Positions 20,700-32,700 of a stretch of DNA of 64,000 bases are shown here, in pieces. Origin of the DNA: Epithemia pelagica (Eukaryota; Protista; Bacillariophyta). Under the pieces are notes generated by a model. It worked only from the letters and a program-made list of their open reading frames with translations, did no database searches and was not told the origin of the DNA. The stretch spans positions 4,836,001 to 4,900,000 of the forward strand of contig OX337229.1 of NCBI GenBank assembly GCA_946965045.2, read 5' to 3'. Both the position numbers and the translations under genes were made by a program. Positions within the stretch are counted from its first letter, which is position 1. Every line of letters starts with the position of its first letter.

Positions 20700-23600
20700 T
20701 GGAAATTCTGATTCATACACCTGTTTTCACTACATTTGCAGCTTGCGTCACAAGCCTGATTTTTCTTCCTGCACCCACAGTTGTTCGTCGTACATTGAGA
20801 ACTGCTTGCTTTACAAGAACATCCAGTGCCATAACTCTTAGTAGTACGTAATTTTGTTTTCAACTGTCCTTCCTGACTATATGCGATTCAATGAGCGTCA
20901 CGGATCGACAAAAAAGCCATTTTAGTGGGATCAAATGTTTTGTCAATAATCTGTTTCTGTAAATCTCGACGTGCTTTGCCCATTGGTGAAGAAGAATGAA
21001 TAACACTGTACGTGTCCCGTGCATACCATGTTGGTGTTCTTGTTCGTTTATCTCCTATAATCCCTTCAGGCAGTACCAATCTAACAGATGGTTGCAAACT
21101 GTGAGAGACCGCAAAAACAAGGCAGTGTATTCCATGGCGGCTCTGGTTTGCACAATCTCGAGGGTCAGGAAACAGGGCTACAGCGTCTCCAACGGAAACT
21201 TGGAATCCAGCTTGCTGGTTCATCCTTATCATTTTGGTCGCTTGTCTTCGTTGTTCCGCCTGGCGAGTGGATATATTTTCATATCGAGTATATTGCCTTT
21301 CTGTCGTATCGTCTATCATAAGAAAACTACAATTACATCCACGTACATCTGAGTATTACTATAGAGCAAATGGAATGGAAGGAGAACAACTTACTTCTTG
21401 GATTGGTTTCTTTGCGAGCGACGTGTTGGTTCTTCAGTTTTTTCTGTGTCCATGAAACCAGATAGATAATTCAAATATTGCTCTTTCAACGACGTCTGAC
21501 CGACCGATGTATATTCCTCATGGAACTTCTGCCGTAATGCAGAATTGAGATTTTTCCATGCTTTGATGATTATTTTCTTGAATATGTTTCCGACTGTGGA
21601 TCGCCAAGTATCTTCGGAACGTGTTGATGGATGTAGATCTTTCCTTTTCGAGGGATTTTTCAATACAGGCCTCATTAAATACATAATACTCAAAGAAGCA
21701 AGGACTCCACAGGAGTGCGAATCCTTTTGGATACCCATCATTCTTGTATCATATGCAATCGTCCAAAAGGCAGACGATGAGTGGCTGTCATCTGTCTGCA
21801 AGCAATGGACTGGACGCACATTACTGTCTGCTTGCTGTAGGAGTTCGTAATACCATAAAGTCGCCAGAGCACTCTTGTTCCACAGTGAAAGATCGTTTCC
21901 CCCCGACATTCCATCATAGACATCAATTTTTTTCTTGTCGATATCGATGTGGATTACAACATAATGGCTTTTGCCGAAACCAAGAGAAATAATCTCTTTA
22001 ACGTAGGGATCTTGATCTTTCAAACTATATGTCTTCATCTTCCATTTTCTTATTTCTGAAAGATCTGCTTTCGAATAGTTTGTTGTTGAATTATGGAACA
22101 GTATGGTCCTGTTGTGAAAGTAGTGCTCTACCAATGTGCCGAAGCTGTGTACCAACGAATGCGGTAGCCACTTTTGAGAACGATCTGAAAAGTAATGCTG
22201 GAGACATTGACCCGATGGGACTTGAAGTACTTTGGTCGATTGACCACAAGAACAATCTTTGCAAGAAAGGTGACCAACAATGAATTTGTCTTTCCTATTT
22301 GCACCGACGAAACTACCTGATGCAATAATTTGTTGGTACGCATTGGCCAGTGGAATTGTCTTCAGATGCCGTCGATCAGAAGGCTGTGGTGAAGGCATGA
22401 TAACAATCTCTTCTCCAGACACCACTTTGTTGTGATCTTGAGACGACTTGCCCAACACTTCGGTCAATTTGTCCGACTTAGGAGGCGATGTGTTGGACTC
22501 ACGAGGCAATTTGTCCGACTCTTGAGGCAATACGTTGGACACTTGGTGCAGTTTGTCCGACATCTGGGGCAATTTGTCGATCACTTTGGGTGTTTTGTCT
22601 GATTCTTGAAGCAATTTGTCAGAAACTTGGGGCGATTTGTCCGAACCAAGTGGTAACTTGTCAGACATTCGGGCCGATTTGTCTGTTTCTTGAGGCCATT
22701 TGTCAGACATTTGGGGCGATTTGTCTGTTTTTTGAGGCGATATGCCGGACACTTGGGGTGATATGTCGGACTTCTGAGGCAATACGTTGGACGCCTGGGT
22801 CGATTTGTCTGACGCTCTAGGCAATAAGTTGGACTCATGAGACAATCCGCGAGATTCTAAGGGCAATTCGTCGGACACTTGGGGCGATTTGTCTGTTTCT
22901 TGAGGCAATATGTCGGACACTTGGGGCAATTTGTCTGTTTCTTGAGGCAATATGTCGGACACTTGGGACGATTTGTCTGTTTCTTGAGGCAATATGTCGG
23001 ACACTTGGGGCGATATGTCAGACGCTTGTGGTAATTTGTCCAACACTTGAGACAAGACGTTGGATCCTTGGGGTGATTTGTGTGACCGTTGAGGTGATAC
23101 ATTGGAATCGTGAGCCAATCGGTGAGACAAATGGGGCGATTTGTCAGACTTCTGAGGTAATATGTCATGCTTATGAGGCAATTCGTCAGACAAATGGGGC
23201 GATTTGTCCGATTTCCGAGGGAATGCCTGCAACACTTGGGATGATTTGTCCGACTTGTAAAGTGGTTTGTCTTCATTGTCCTCATTATACGTGTCTTCAT
23301 CATCACTATCAGTTGATGAACTCATGACAGGCATGGAAGTGGCCACTTTTTGACGTGCCCTATCCCGGAGTTGGGAAATAAGCAATTTCCCACGTTTATG
23401 AGAGCTGGAGGCTCCAGAAGTGTCGGACTCAGCAGTATCTTCACCAGCCGATTCACATGGGAGACACGTTAGTTGGCCAGAAGACATGATATGTGGCCAA
23501 AATTCGTCTGGTATGTTGGACCAATCAGACTTTCGGAAGGTTTTGAAAACCTCATCTTCTGGTGTCATGTCGCTATCAGTAGAGTTTTGTTGAATGAGGG

Positions 23601-25463
23601 AACGGACCCTTTCTGTTGCCAGGTCTCCCAGTTCCTCAATATCATTTACCGTTAATTCACCAACCTTGGCATAATGTTCCGCAATTTCAATCGAGCCAGT
23701 GTTGAGACACCGCTCAAGAGGTGTTTCCCCATCTCTTAATTTGGATGAAGAGTATCCTGTCGCTCCTTGAAAGTGATTGAAAAAGGGGACTCCAAATACA
23801 GTTTGATAAGCTGACATGGGCGTGGTACCAGTGCGACGAATTGACCCATTCAGAGCAGTCATTGCCCGTCCTAGTGCCATTGTCCAGTTGAAATTTCGGT
23901 TGCCCTTGGACCATTCCTCCGCAACATAAGACTGAACGATATTGCGGATGCTCTTGTTGGCGTTTTCGACAGAACCTTGATCCCGGGGCTTTCTCGGACG
24001 GCCTTGCACGGTAGTAATATGCGGGTTATTGGCCATGAGCATTTTGATTATTTCTTTCCCACAAACTTCCATTCCATTATCTGTTTGGTAAATGGATGGA
24101 AAACCAACGATGCCAAACATCAGAGATAAATGGTGAGAAATAATGGCTGTATGTTTCGAAGGGACCGCCGCCAACAATACAAATTGAGTGAAGTGATCTT
24201 TACAACTCAAGATGTATCTCATCTCTACTCCATGGACGTCCTTATCGCCTGCACCATTTGCATCGGACATTTTAACCAAGTCGACTTGATACCGATCTCT
24301 AAAAGCCAGAGAACGGATTGGTTTTACGGCACCTTTATGAGGAGCTGCCCGTTTTTTCCTCATGGAACAACGTGGACATCCCATGATGTACGCCTTCACC
24401 TGACGACTGGTGATGTTTGAATATGTTTCTTTCAAAGCATTATACGTTGTTTCCTCGCAAAGCCAATGTCCAACGCTGACATGGTGCTCGCGAATGACGT
24501 CGAAAATTTCATCCGCCGAAAGAATCCGTTTCCCATTGTCATCAAATAAAACATAGTGTGTCTGTCCATTACGACGTACTTTCCAAACTTGACGGCGACG
24601 AAATTTCTTGTTACGCCCATGGGGGTGGAGCAACCTAAAGCCGAGGCCAGTCCGTGGATCAGGTTGACCAGGTAGAGGTGCTTTTGCGTGAGAGTCCCCA
24701 TCCTTCCAATGCCGCAAGACATAGATTTCTTGTTCGAGTTGCTGGCGGGACAACACGCGCGAATTTTTTGCGAAATCACGGATAGGCTTGGTGTAATCTC
24801 CCGAAGAAGTGTCAATGGTAAAAGAAGTGCCAAAGACATGCTCATTGAACAGCATGCGATGTTCGTTTACAAGACTTGAGTCGTTGTCCTCAGGAAAATT
24901 AGATGGGAGAATCGTCACCGACTTTTGCATGGAGGAAGACGAATTTCCTTTCTTGTTGCATGAGGCCGTCGGTTTCTTGGTGGAAGATTTAGAACCAACG
25001 GACCTTTTAGCTTTCCGTGAGTCTTTTTTCTCCTTGTAGCCAACCTCCTCCGATGAGGAAGAAGAGTTATCGGCACTGTCGCTTGTAGAATCTTCTGATG
25101 ACGACCCAGAATAAGTAATTCTGGAAGCGGATCGAGCGGTACGACGCCGGTCCTTTTTGGGTTCACGAACAGAAACATTTGAAACAGACGATGCCCGTCG
25201 TTTTGAATTCGTCTTGTTTCTTCGTCTAGGGGCAGACGACAGAGAAGTGGAACTGGTACTATCGTCATCGTTGTCATGTCTTGCTTTCGACGTACGAGTT
25301 TTTTTGTTCGATTCGGACGGTGTTTTTTCCTCTTTTTCCCCCGCCCATAATCAACAGATTGCTCTTGTTGTTCTCGCAACTGTTTCAGAAACGGCTGCAA
25401 CAGAGCAAGGTCTGTAGGGTCTATTTCAACCAGTTCCGTCTGTTTCCTTTTTTTCCTTGGCAT
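20681..25463 (-). CDS. Ginger-like transposase: H2C2 zinc finger + DDE integrase + repeat linker + Ulp1/C48 protease + spliced C-terminal CXC region; slightly decayed
   Basis: EHHVSVGH...CPRC; YQVDLV, QTDNG and GSVENAN (D-D-37-E); SHYVVIHID...VYDG...QKDSHSCG (His-Asp-Gln-Cys). Predicted intron 21327-21394; in-frame TGA at 20888-20890; CSCK...C...CGC...C...CKC...C at the end; frameshift near 25340 in the 5' extension. Confidence 0.85.
22460..23260 (-). repeat. Coding minisatellite, 21-nt (7-aa) units such as SDKSPQV / SDILPQE / TDKLPQV
   Basis: Dozens of degenerate in-frame units; near-exact 42-nt dimers at about 22870-23010. Confidence 0.9.
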
Positions 25464-25480
25464 GAGGAACTTAATTCTGC

Positions 25481-25676
25481 GGCAGAGCTACCACACTGTC
25501 GTCTCCCACCAACAGAATTACGTATCAACTTGAAAGGAAACGAATTCCACCAACAGGAAAGTAGAAACAGAACGTAATTCAATGGCAGAGCTACCACACT
25601 GTCGTATCCTACCAAAAGAATGACGTGTCAACTTCTTGAAAGGAAAGGAATTCCAACAACAGGATAGTAGAAACAG
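25481..25676 (+). repeat. Two-copy tandem duplication, period 103 bp, just upstream of the transposase start
   Basis: GGCAGAGCTACCACACTGTCGT...GTAGAAACAG at 25481-25570 and 25584-25676. Confidence 0.85.
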
Positions 25677-25871
25677 ACAAAGTTGACAGATGCAAACGGC
25701 ATGATAAATGAGAAATAGCACAGAAAAGGAGAAAAGGGAAGGAATATACTCATACCTTAGCAATCTCAGAAGATAGAGCAAGAAGAATGGGAAGTAAAGG
25801 TACGGAGTGCTTTCAGCAAGGAAAAGAGAGAGAGTGTTGTTTTTGGATTGATCTAGTAGTTACGTGTGTGG

Positions 25872-28800
25872 CTAAACTAAGAAATCGGTGGTGGGGTGAG
25901 GGGCCGGGGAATAGAGACAGTGTGGGTTGTATTGGTGGGGTAAGTAGCGGGTAGCCGGGCAGACGGTGAAAACGGAAGATCTTTGGATGCGTAATAATTT
26001 GCAACGGGAGGAGAGGTGCAGATCAACGTTGGAAATAGAGTCGAGAACGTGTTGTGACAGTGCGGTAATGAGTGCATGACCAAGGGTGAGCTTTGTGTGA
26101 TGGGTCAATGATTGCTGGAAAGGGGTGGATGGAGAAGACAGTGGGGTTTGTGCTCGTGGGAGGACGGCCGAGGGACCGTACTGCGACAGGTTGTTGAAGG
26201 CGAGGAAAGCGTCGGGGTGGGGGTTGCAACGGGCGGAACGGCCAAGCTGTGGTGTGGACCATGGTGGCGGTTCGGAGGGCGTAAGAGAGTAGCGGGGAAC
26301 CGGGCCGAAGAAAAGAGTTTGTGCGAAATGGCCGAGGCCTCCGAGATGATCAACCGAAAATGGGAGGAGGAGCAAGTCGTTGGTGTTGATGAGACTGGTG
26401 GCGGTGGTGTCATGGGTGAATTTGTGTCGAGCGGCGGTATGGTGAATCAGGGAGGCCTCTTGGGCAATGTGGGAGAAAGAAAAACCGTACCTTTTGTGCT
26501 CGGTGGAGGGAGTCGGGGGGAGATGTGGGTGAGGAGGGGGAACTGTGATGTCGATGGCGACATAATGAAAACGGTGGTCGGGGAGTGGGGGTTGTAACGC
26601 CATGCCGATATCGGCCGGGCGAATATTACGGGGGTGGTGTGGGAGAAGGTTTGTTGGTTCTAAGTGAATGTCGGAGCTGTTGCGGACCCAGGGTGTGCGC
26701 GGAGCCAAGTCCTGTAGGAGAAAGAAAACGGCATCACGGATGCGGTTGGACAGTTTTGTTTTGTGTTGTTTCGAGCAAGAGAAAAAGTGGTCGCCATAGG
26801 GATCGAGAATCGAGCGGCTGGGACAGTGGCAATGGTGAGGATAGTGGGAGGGGAGGAAGGCAATGCGGAGTTTCCGAGCAATGGCGACGTCGAAGATTTT
26901 GTTGGGTAGGCGGAAATGGTGGAGGAGACGAGATTGGTGCAGTGGTAGGCTGGTAAGTGGCGACAAAGCGGAAGGCAAAGAGCGTTGCAGTTCAGGGGGT
27001 GTAGAGTTAACAATCAACGGGAGGAGGTCGGTTTCCTGGGAGTATTGGGTGAGTTGGCGTTGGGCATCGGGCGGGTACGTGTTGGGGTTGGTTGGGTCGA
27101 AAGGAAAGGACGTTGGGGGGTAAAGGGAGGCCAAGGTTTCGTGGACGGTGAGAAGAAAGGGCTGAGTGGGGAGGTTGGGTGAAAAAAGGTGAGAATGGGG
27201 TGAGGGAATGGGGGAGGAGCGTGCGATGCGAATGGTGCGTCCGATGGCGTTGAGCAAGGAGGGTAAGGCGGACGAACGGTGGCAGCGGTAGCCAAGACCG
27301 CCGAGGGCTGTGGTGAGATTGGCTATGAGGAGGGAGTGGCGAGGGATTTGTTGGGAGTGGGTGATGTGCTGGAGGAAGGCGGTGGTAATGTCGTCGAGGT
27401 GTTGGGTGAAGGTGCTGGTCCAGAGGGTGTTTTGTGGGTGGAGTTTTGTGGGGTCTAGTTTGATTTGGAGGAGGATTTCGCTGGTGACCAGGTGGGACAG
27501 GGCGGGCAAAATGCAAGAACGGAAAAGGATGGATTTGGTCTGTGAGTTGTGTAGGGCCTGGAGTGCGCGTGCCTTGTTTGCAAGGGTGGCGAATTTTTGC
27601 TGGAGGAAGTGTTGGATGTAATCGGTTCCGCCAATGGGTTGTCCCAGGAAGCGGATCCCGGTGGTTATTTCGGCGTCTGTGGGGTTGTCCGGATTCAAGA
27701 ACTGGAGGGCGGCGAGGAGGTGAGATTGCTGTGGTGTGGGTAAATTGGGGAGGGGGCTAATGCCGTTGGTGGAGGTGAGTATGCGGCATTTGGATTTGTT
27801 GAGGTGTATGCCGTATTGTTTGCCGAGTGTTTGGAAATTGTCGAGGAATGGGAGCAGGTCGGTGTGTGGGACGCAAACTGAAGTATCGTCCATGATGCTG
27901 CAAGTGTGGCTTGTTCCGCCTTTGGTGTCGTCGTTGGAGTCGTTATTTTGGAGTCGGGAGGTGGCGAGTTGGCGGAGGAGGCTGTTGATTTATTTGTTGA
28001 GTGTTAGGAGAACGAGGCAGGCGAAAAGAGGGCTGAGGGGGCATCCTTGGCTAAATCCCTCGTCTTGGTTTATTGTGGCGTGGTTGCCTTGGGGGTCCTG
28101 ATACCAGTTGGTTGTCGTTGTTGAATACAACAGATCAAACAAGGGTAAGAGGGGTGTGGTTTCATCGCGAGAGGCCAGAATTTCGCGGCATCTCGTGCGC
28201 GAACATGCGTTGAACATGTTGGTGAGGTCTAACAAAAGAAAGGCTCTTGTTGGCAGAGGTTTGTTGTCCGAGGTTGTGATGAACTGGTCGATTTGTGTCT
28301 GGGTCATGTGGACCGCAAAGTCGACCCCGCCGCTGGTTTGGATGCCGTATTGGCCGTGTTTTGTCAGTATCGGTTCGATGTGGTCGGAGGTGGCGGTAAG
28401 TGCGATGGTGGCCGCGGTGCGTCTGAGGCCTGTGCCGATGCCTATTGGTCTCAATTTGTCGAGGTGGTTGATGTCTTTGTGTAGGGCAAAGAAGTGGATT
28501 GAGGCGAGGTACGAGCGGATGGGAGGCGGGATCTGGTTGTTTAGGATGAGTTCGAACAATGTTTTGAGGGAGTGGAAGTAGGGGCGGTCGGATTGGGGGT
28601 GGGAAGTGGAGCGGTGTAGTCCCATTGCCCGGTAGATGTCAATGGAGTCTGCGTAGGGTCCAGGTGCCGTGCCTTGGCTTAGGCGATGGAGTCCGTGTTC
28701 GAAGGTGGAGTCGCTGATGGAGTTTTGAAATGCGGGGAGGTATTGCTGTTGGCGTGTTTGTCGTGGTGGATCGAGGCGTGGCGGGTAGAGCGTTTGTTCA

Positions 28801-29705
28801 ACGATGTGGATGCGTGGGGGTGTAAGGCATGCTACGGGCATGGCTGCTGTGAGTCTGTTGTGGGCAGCGCTGGTGTTGCCAAGGTCGGCGGCCATTTGTG
28901 CGTACGGGGCCATGTGTTCAGGTGTCGGTGGGGTTGGGGTGGTTGGTATCTGTCGTTTTTTGTGTTTGTTGGTGCGACGGGAGAAAAAAGGTGTTGGTGT
29001 TGGTGGTGGGTGCCAGATGGAATTGTACAGGGAGATGAGGTCTCCTTGTTTGAGTTTGGCAACGCGGGCTTTGAGTGCGTTGTGGTTTGTGCGATGGTTG
29101 GTGTTGTTGATGGGGGCGAGGAGAAGTGCTTCGAGAAGTATGAGCAGTTTCCAAAATGGAGTGCTGTCGGTTTGATGTTTGGGGAGGGATTGGGGGTTGG
29201 CGGCGGTGGAGAAGGGTTGCGAGGCGGTGGTGGTCCATTGCGTGACTGTGTGTAGGGTTTGGAGGAAGAGGGAGCGGGCCTGGGGTTTGAGTCGGTGGAA
29301 ATTGGAGTGTCGGAATGGTGGGGGGGAGAGTTGGAGGGAGTACAGGAAGGATAGTTGGTCTGTCCATTGTTGTTGTTGCGTTGGTGTCAGGTGGCGGAGG
29401 GTTTTTTGTACGATGTCGGTGTTGGTGTCGGTGCGGGCGTGTTCTTTATTGACGTGCGCTTGTAGGTGGCGATTGGTGAGGTAGAGGGCGGTGCATTGAT
29501 TGCAAATTCGGCATGGGTGGAGGTTGACTTTTTGGCAGATTCTGTCCGTGAGGTATGTGGTGGGTTCGTCTTGGTGTGCTTGTTGGAGATGGAATCTGAG
29601 CTAGTCGGTATATGTCTTGCTTTTCGATGGGTGTGCGTGCCACGAACAATTCGGGATGGGGCAAGTTTGGCGTGGGGTTGTGCTGGGTGTGTTGGGGCTA
29701 GTCAT
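25872..29705 (-). pseudogene. LINE ORF2 (about 1277 codons): 2x C2H2, reverse transcriptase, CCHC, RLE; two in-frame stops
   Basis: CPIPNC...HLQQAH and CRICNQC...HVNKEH; LLDLTNMFN, GFSQGCPLSP, SIMDD; CHC...GDHFFSC, RPADI, AIDITV. One continuous frame broken only by TAG 29601-29603 and TAA 27990-27992. Confidence 0.88.
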
Positions 29706-32700
29706 GGTTGGTTCTGTCCCGAAGCTGGGCTGTGCTGGGAGTGTGGTGTTGGTCTATATCCATAGGTTCCGTTGTGGGGGATGTTGGTGTGGGGGTGAAG
29801 GTGGCTGTTGGGTCGTTGATGAGGTTTGTGGCAAATTGCCAAATGTGTCGGACGTCGGTGTCAGCAAAAGAGGTGACTTTTGACATGATTTCTTTGGTGA
29901 AGTGTGGGAGGAGGGAAGGGTCGTGGTCGCGTAGGTATTCGTCCAGGAGTTCGAATTCGTGGGTTGTGTCCTGGGAGAAGGTAGTGGTGGGGATTTGGTA
30001 TAGGAGATGGTCGGGTGGGCGGTTGTTTACGTCGAGGGCGTGGTTGGTGGTGTCGTTGGAGAGGAGGTTGGTGTCGGGGGGTGGGGTGGACCTGTGGTTG
30101 GGGTGTTCGTTGGTGTGGTGGTTGGTGTCGGGTGGGGTGGAACTGGGGTTGGTTTGTTCGTTGGTGTGGTGGTGGTTGGCTTGGTCGTCGTTGTCGTCTT
30201 CGTCGTTGTCTGCGAGTGCGGCAAACTGGTTGGAGGCTTGTGTCGTGTTCGGTGGCGTGCTGGTGGTGTGGGCCGGTGTAGGGTTGTCTTTCGGGGAAGC
30301 TGGTCGTTTGCGTGTTTGGTGGGAGGGGCTGTGGTCGGTTTGTTGGTCGTCGTGGTTCGTGTATGGTTCGGGGTCGTGTGGAGGGGTGGAGGGAGGGGTG
30401 GTGAGGTCGTGAATTGTGACTGGGTTGAATCGATTGGCTAGGGCTGCGAGTCTTTTGGTGCGTTGGGCGGGGGAGGGGCGGTGCGGTGAGGGTGACGGTG
30501 GTTTGGAAGTGATGGTGGCGGCGGTGGTGGTGAGTAAATTGGTGGGGAAGGCTTGGAGTTTTTGCTGGATGTTGGTTGGAGTGACGTGGAGGGTTCCTAG
30601 GTTACAATGGAGGAATAGGTTGTGGCTTTCGGGCGAGGGATTGTGGGCGGAGTATTGGGGAAAAATTCCTCTGTAATCTTTGAGATGATAGAGGGCGTCC
30701 CAGTCGTCTGGGGTGGCGTTTGGGTTGAGGTTGTGAAGCCGGACGACCGTGCAAGTTGCAAAGTTTGTTTCAATGGTTTTGAGACTGTTTATGTACTCGG
30801 AGCGTTCGGCCTGGTTTTCTGGGAAGGGTAGGAGGTGGAATGGTATGTTGTGATACGTGAGATCTTTTTTGTTGGCTGAGGTGAAAGCTTCTGTTGCTTC
30901 GATGAGTGTGTCAAATTTGTCGGTGGAAGAGGCTGAGATGATGAGGGTGGGGATAGTGAGGTGTGGTCCTTTTGGAGATTGGTTGCCCGTGATGGTGCCG
31001 TCTCGCAGGCCGAAATGGGTGGTAAAATCGACAGACATGTGGAGATCTGCCGGTAGAAAAGGCAGGAGTTGTTGGCGGATGGTGGAGAGTATGTTGAGAA
31101 AGGCGCGTTTGTGGTAGAGGGTCTTGGAGGGGAGGCCGGCCAGGATTCCGAGGCCGCGGCACTCGGTGTGGTTGCATGCCGGTGCGTAAAGACGTAACTG
31201 TGTGGCGCGCTCGTTGATGGTGGGCTGGGATTCCGGTGTATTCGGGGGGAGTATATCTTGTTGGCCTGTTGTGGGGTCGAGGGTAAAATCGGAGTGGTGG
31301 TGGTGGTTCCACTTTTGTAAAATGAATTTTCTGGCTTGTTCATGGAAGAGTTCGGGGTCGAATTGGTCTTCCGTTGCAGCTGGCTTGATTTTGACTTGGA
31401 ATGTGGACACGTGGCCTCTGGGTGTGTTGTTGTTGGTGCCGCGCCTGGTTGGGGAGGGGATTTTGGTGTTTTGGTATGTTATCTCGTGGACTGCGAGGAG
31501 GATGGGGTGTTCCAGGGACTTGTGGTGTTCGAGCGTGCCGTCGATGATGTTTTTGATTGTCGTGCCGCTGAGGGGTGGAAGGCGTTGTTCTCGTTGCGGG
31601 TCAGCGTTGTGATGGATGTATGCGTTCCAGATGACCATGTCGAGGGGGAGCTGGTTGAGTGTGTCGTCGTCGCAGATGTAGGAGTACGGGCTGGAGGGGG
31701 TGGGTGGCTTCAAGGGGTGTTTCGACGTCTTGTAAGGATTGGTTGGAGTGGGTTTCGTGGTGGTTAGAGTGGGTGTCGGGGTGGGAGGGGTGGAGGGCAT
31801 GATGGTCTTTGGGGTGGGAATGGTGAGGGACGGTGTGTTGTTGTTGGCCGCAGGGGTAGTGGTCGTTGGTGTCGTGGTGGCCGGGGTACGGTGGACGGTG
31901 GGCGGGGATTTGGGCTGGGGTTTGGACTTGGCCTGGAGAATCTTGTTGAAATGGTTGCCGGGGGTGGATGGTTTGGATTTGTTTTTTTTGTTTTTGGTTT
32001 TGTTGATGAGCGGTGTGAGGGTGGAGATGGGAACGTGGTTCGGGTCTTGGTGGGAGAGGCGGTTTTGGTGGGCGAGGGGCAGAGCCATGGTGGATGGGAG
32101 TAGGGAGGCGAGTGTTAGTAGCGACGTAATAGGCGTAACAATTTTTGGACAAAATAGAAATTGTGAGCCGATCTGAATATGGATAGTGGTGGAGGTTGGT
32201 TGGGATTGGTGTGGTGTTGGGTGGGCCTGGGGGGTTTGGGGGTAGTGTGTGTTAGTGTGTACTGATGGGGGTTCGGTGGCACGGGGCATCTGTTTTTGGC
32301 TTGCGTTTAAGGGTTCGGTTGTTCGTTGGTGTCGGGTGGTGTCTAGGGGGTGTCTGGTTGGGCATCCGGTGGGCGTCGGAGTGCATCTGGTGTGGGGCGT
32401 GTTGGGTGTACGTGGATGGGGATGGTGTCGTTGGCGGGTGGCGCTGTGTCTGGTTGGTGTCATGATGCATCTGGTTGGGGTCGAGTTGGGTGTACGTGGT
32501 GGTGGATTGTGTTGGTGGGGAATGTTCTGGCATCTGGTTGGTGTCGTGTTTTGGCTGGTTGGGGTTGGGCTGGAGGATGGATTCTGGTTGGAGTTGGGGG
32601 AAAAGATCGGATCCGGTGTCAGTGTGGAGGTGGCAGTAGGATTGGTGTCAGAGGTGGGTGGTTGGGTGTCAGCGGGCATCTGGAGTGGTGGTTGGGGCGG

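Noticed and set aside
22460-23260. CRISPR-like array
   Set aside because: Units are degenerate, in-frame 21-mers with no unique spacers, inside a eukaryotic ORF; no cas genes.
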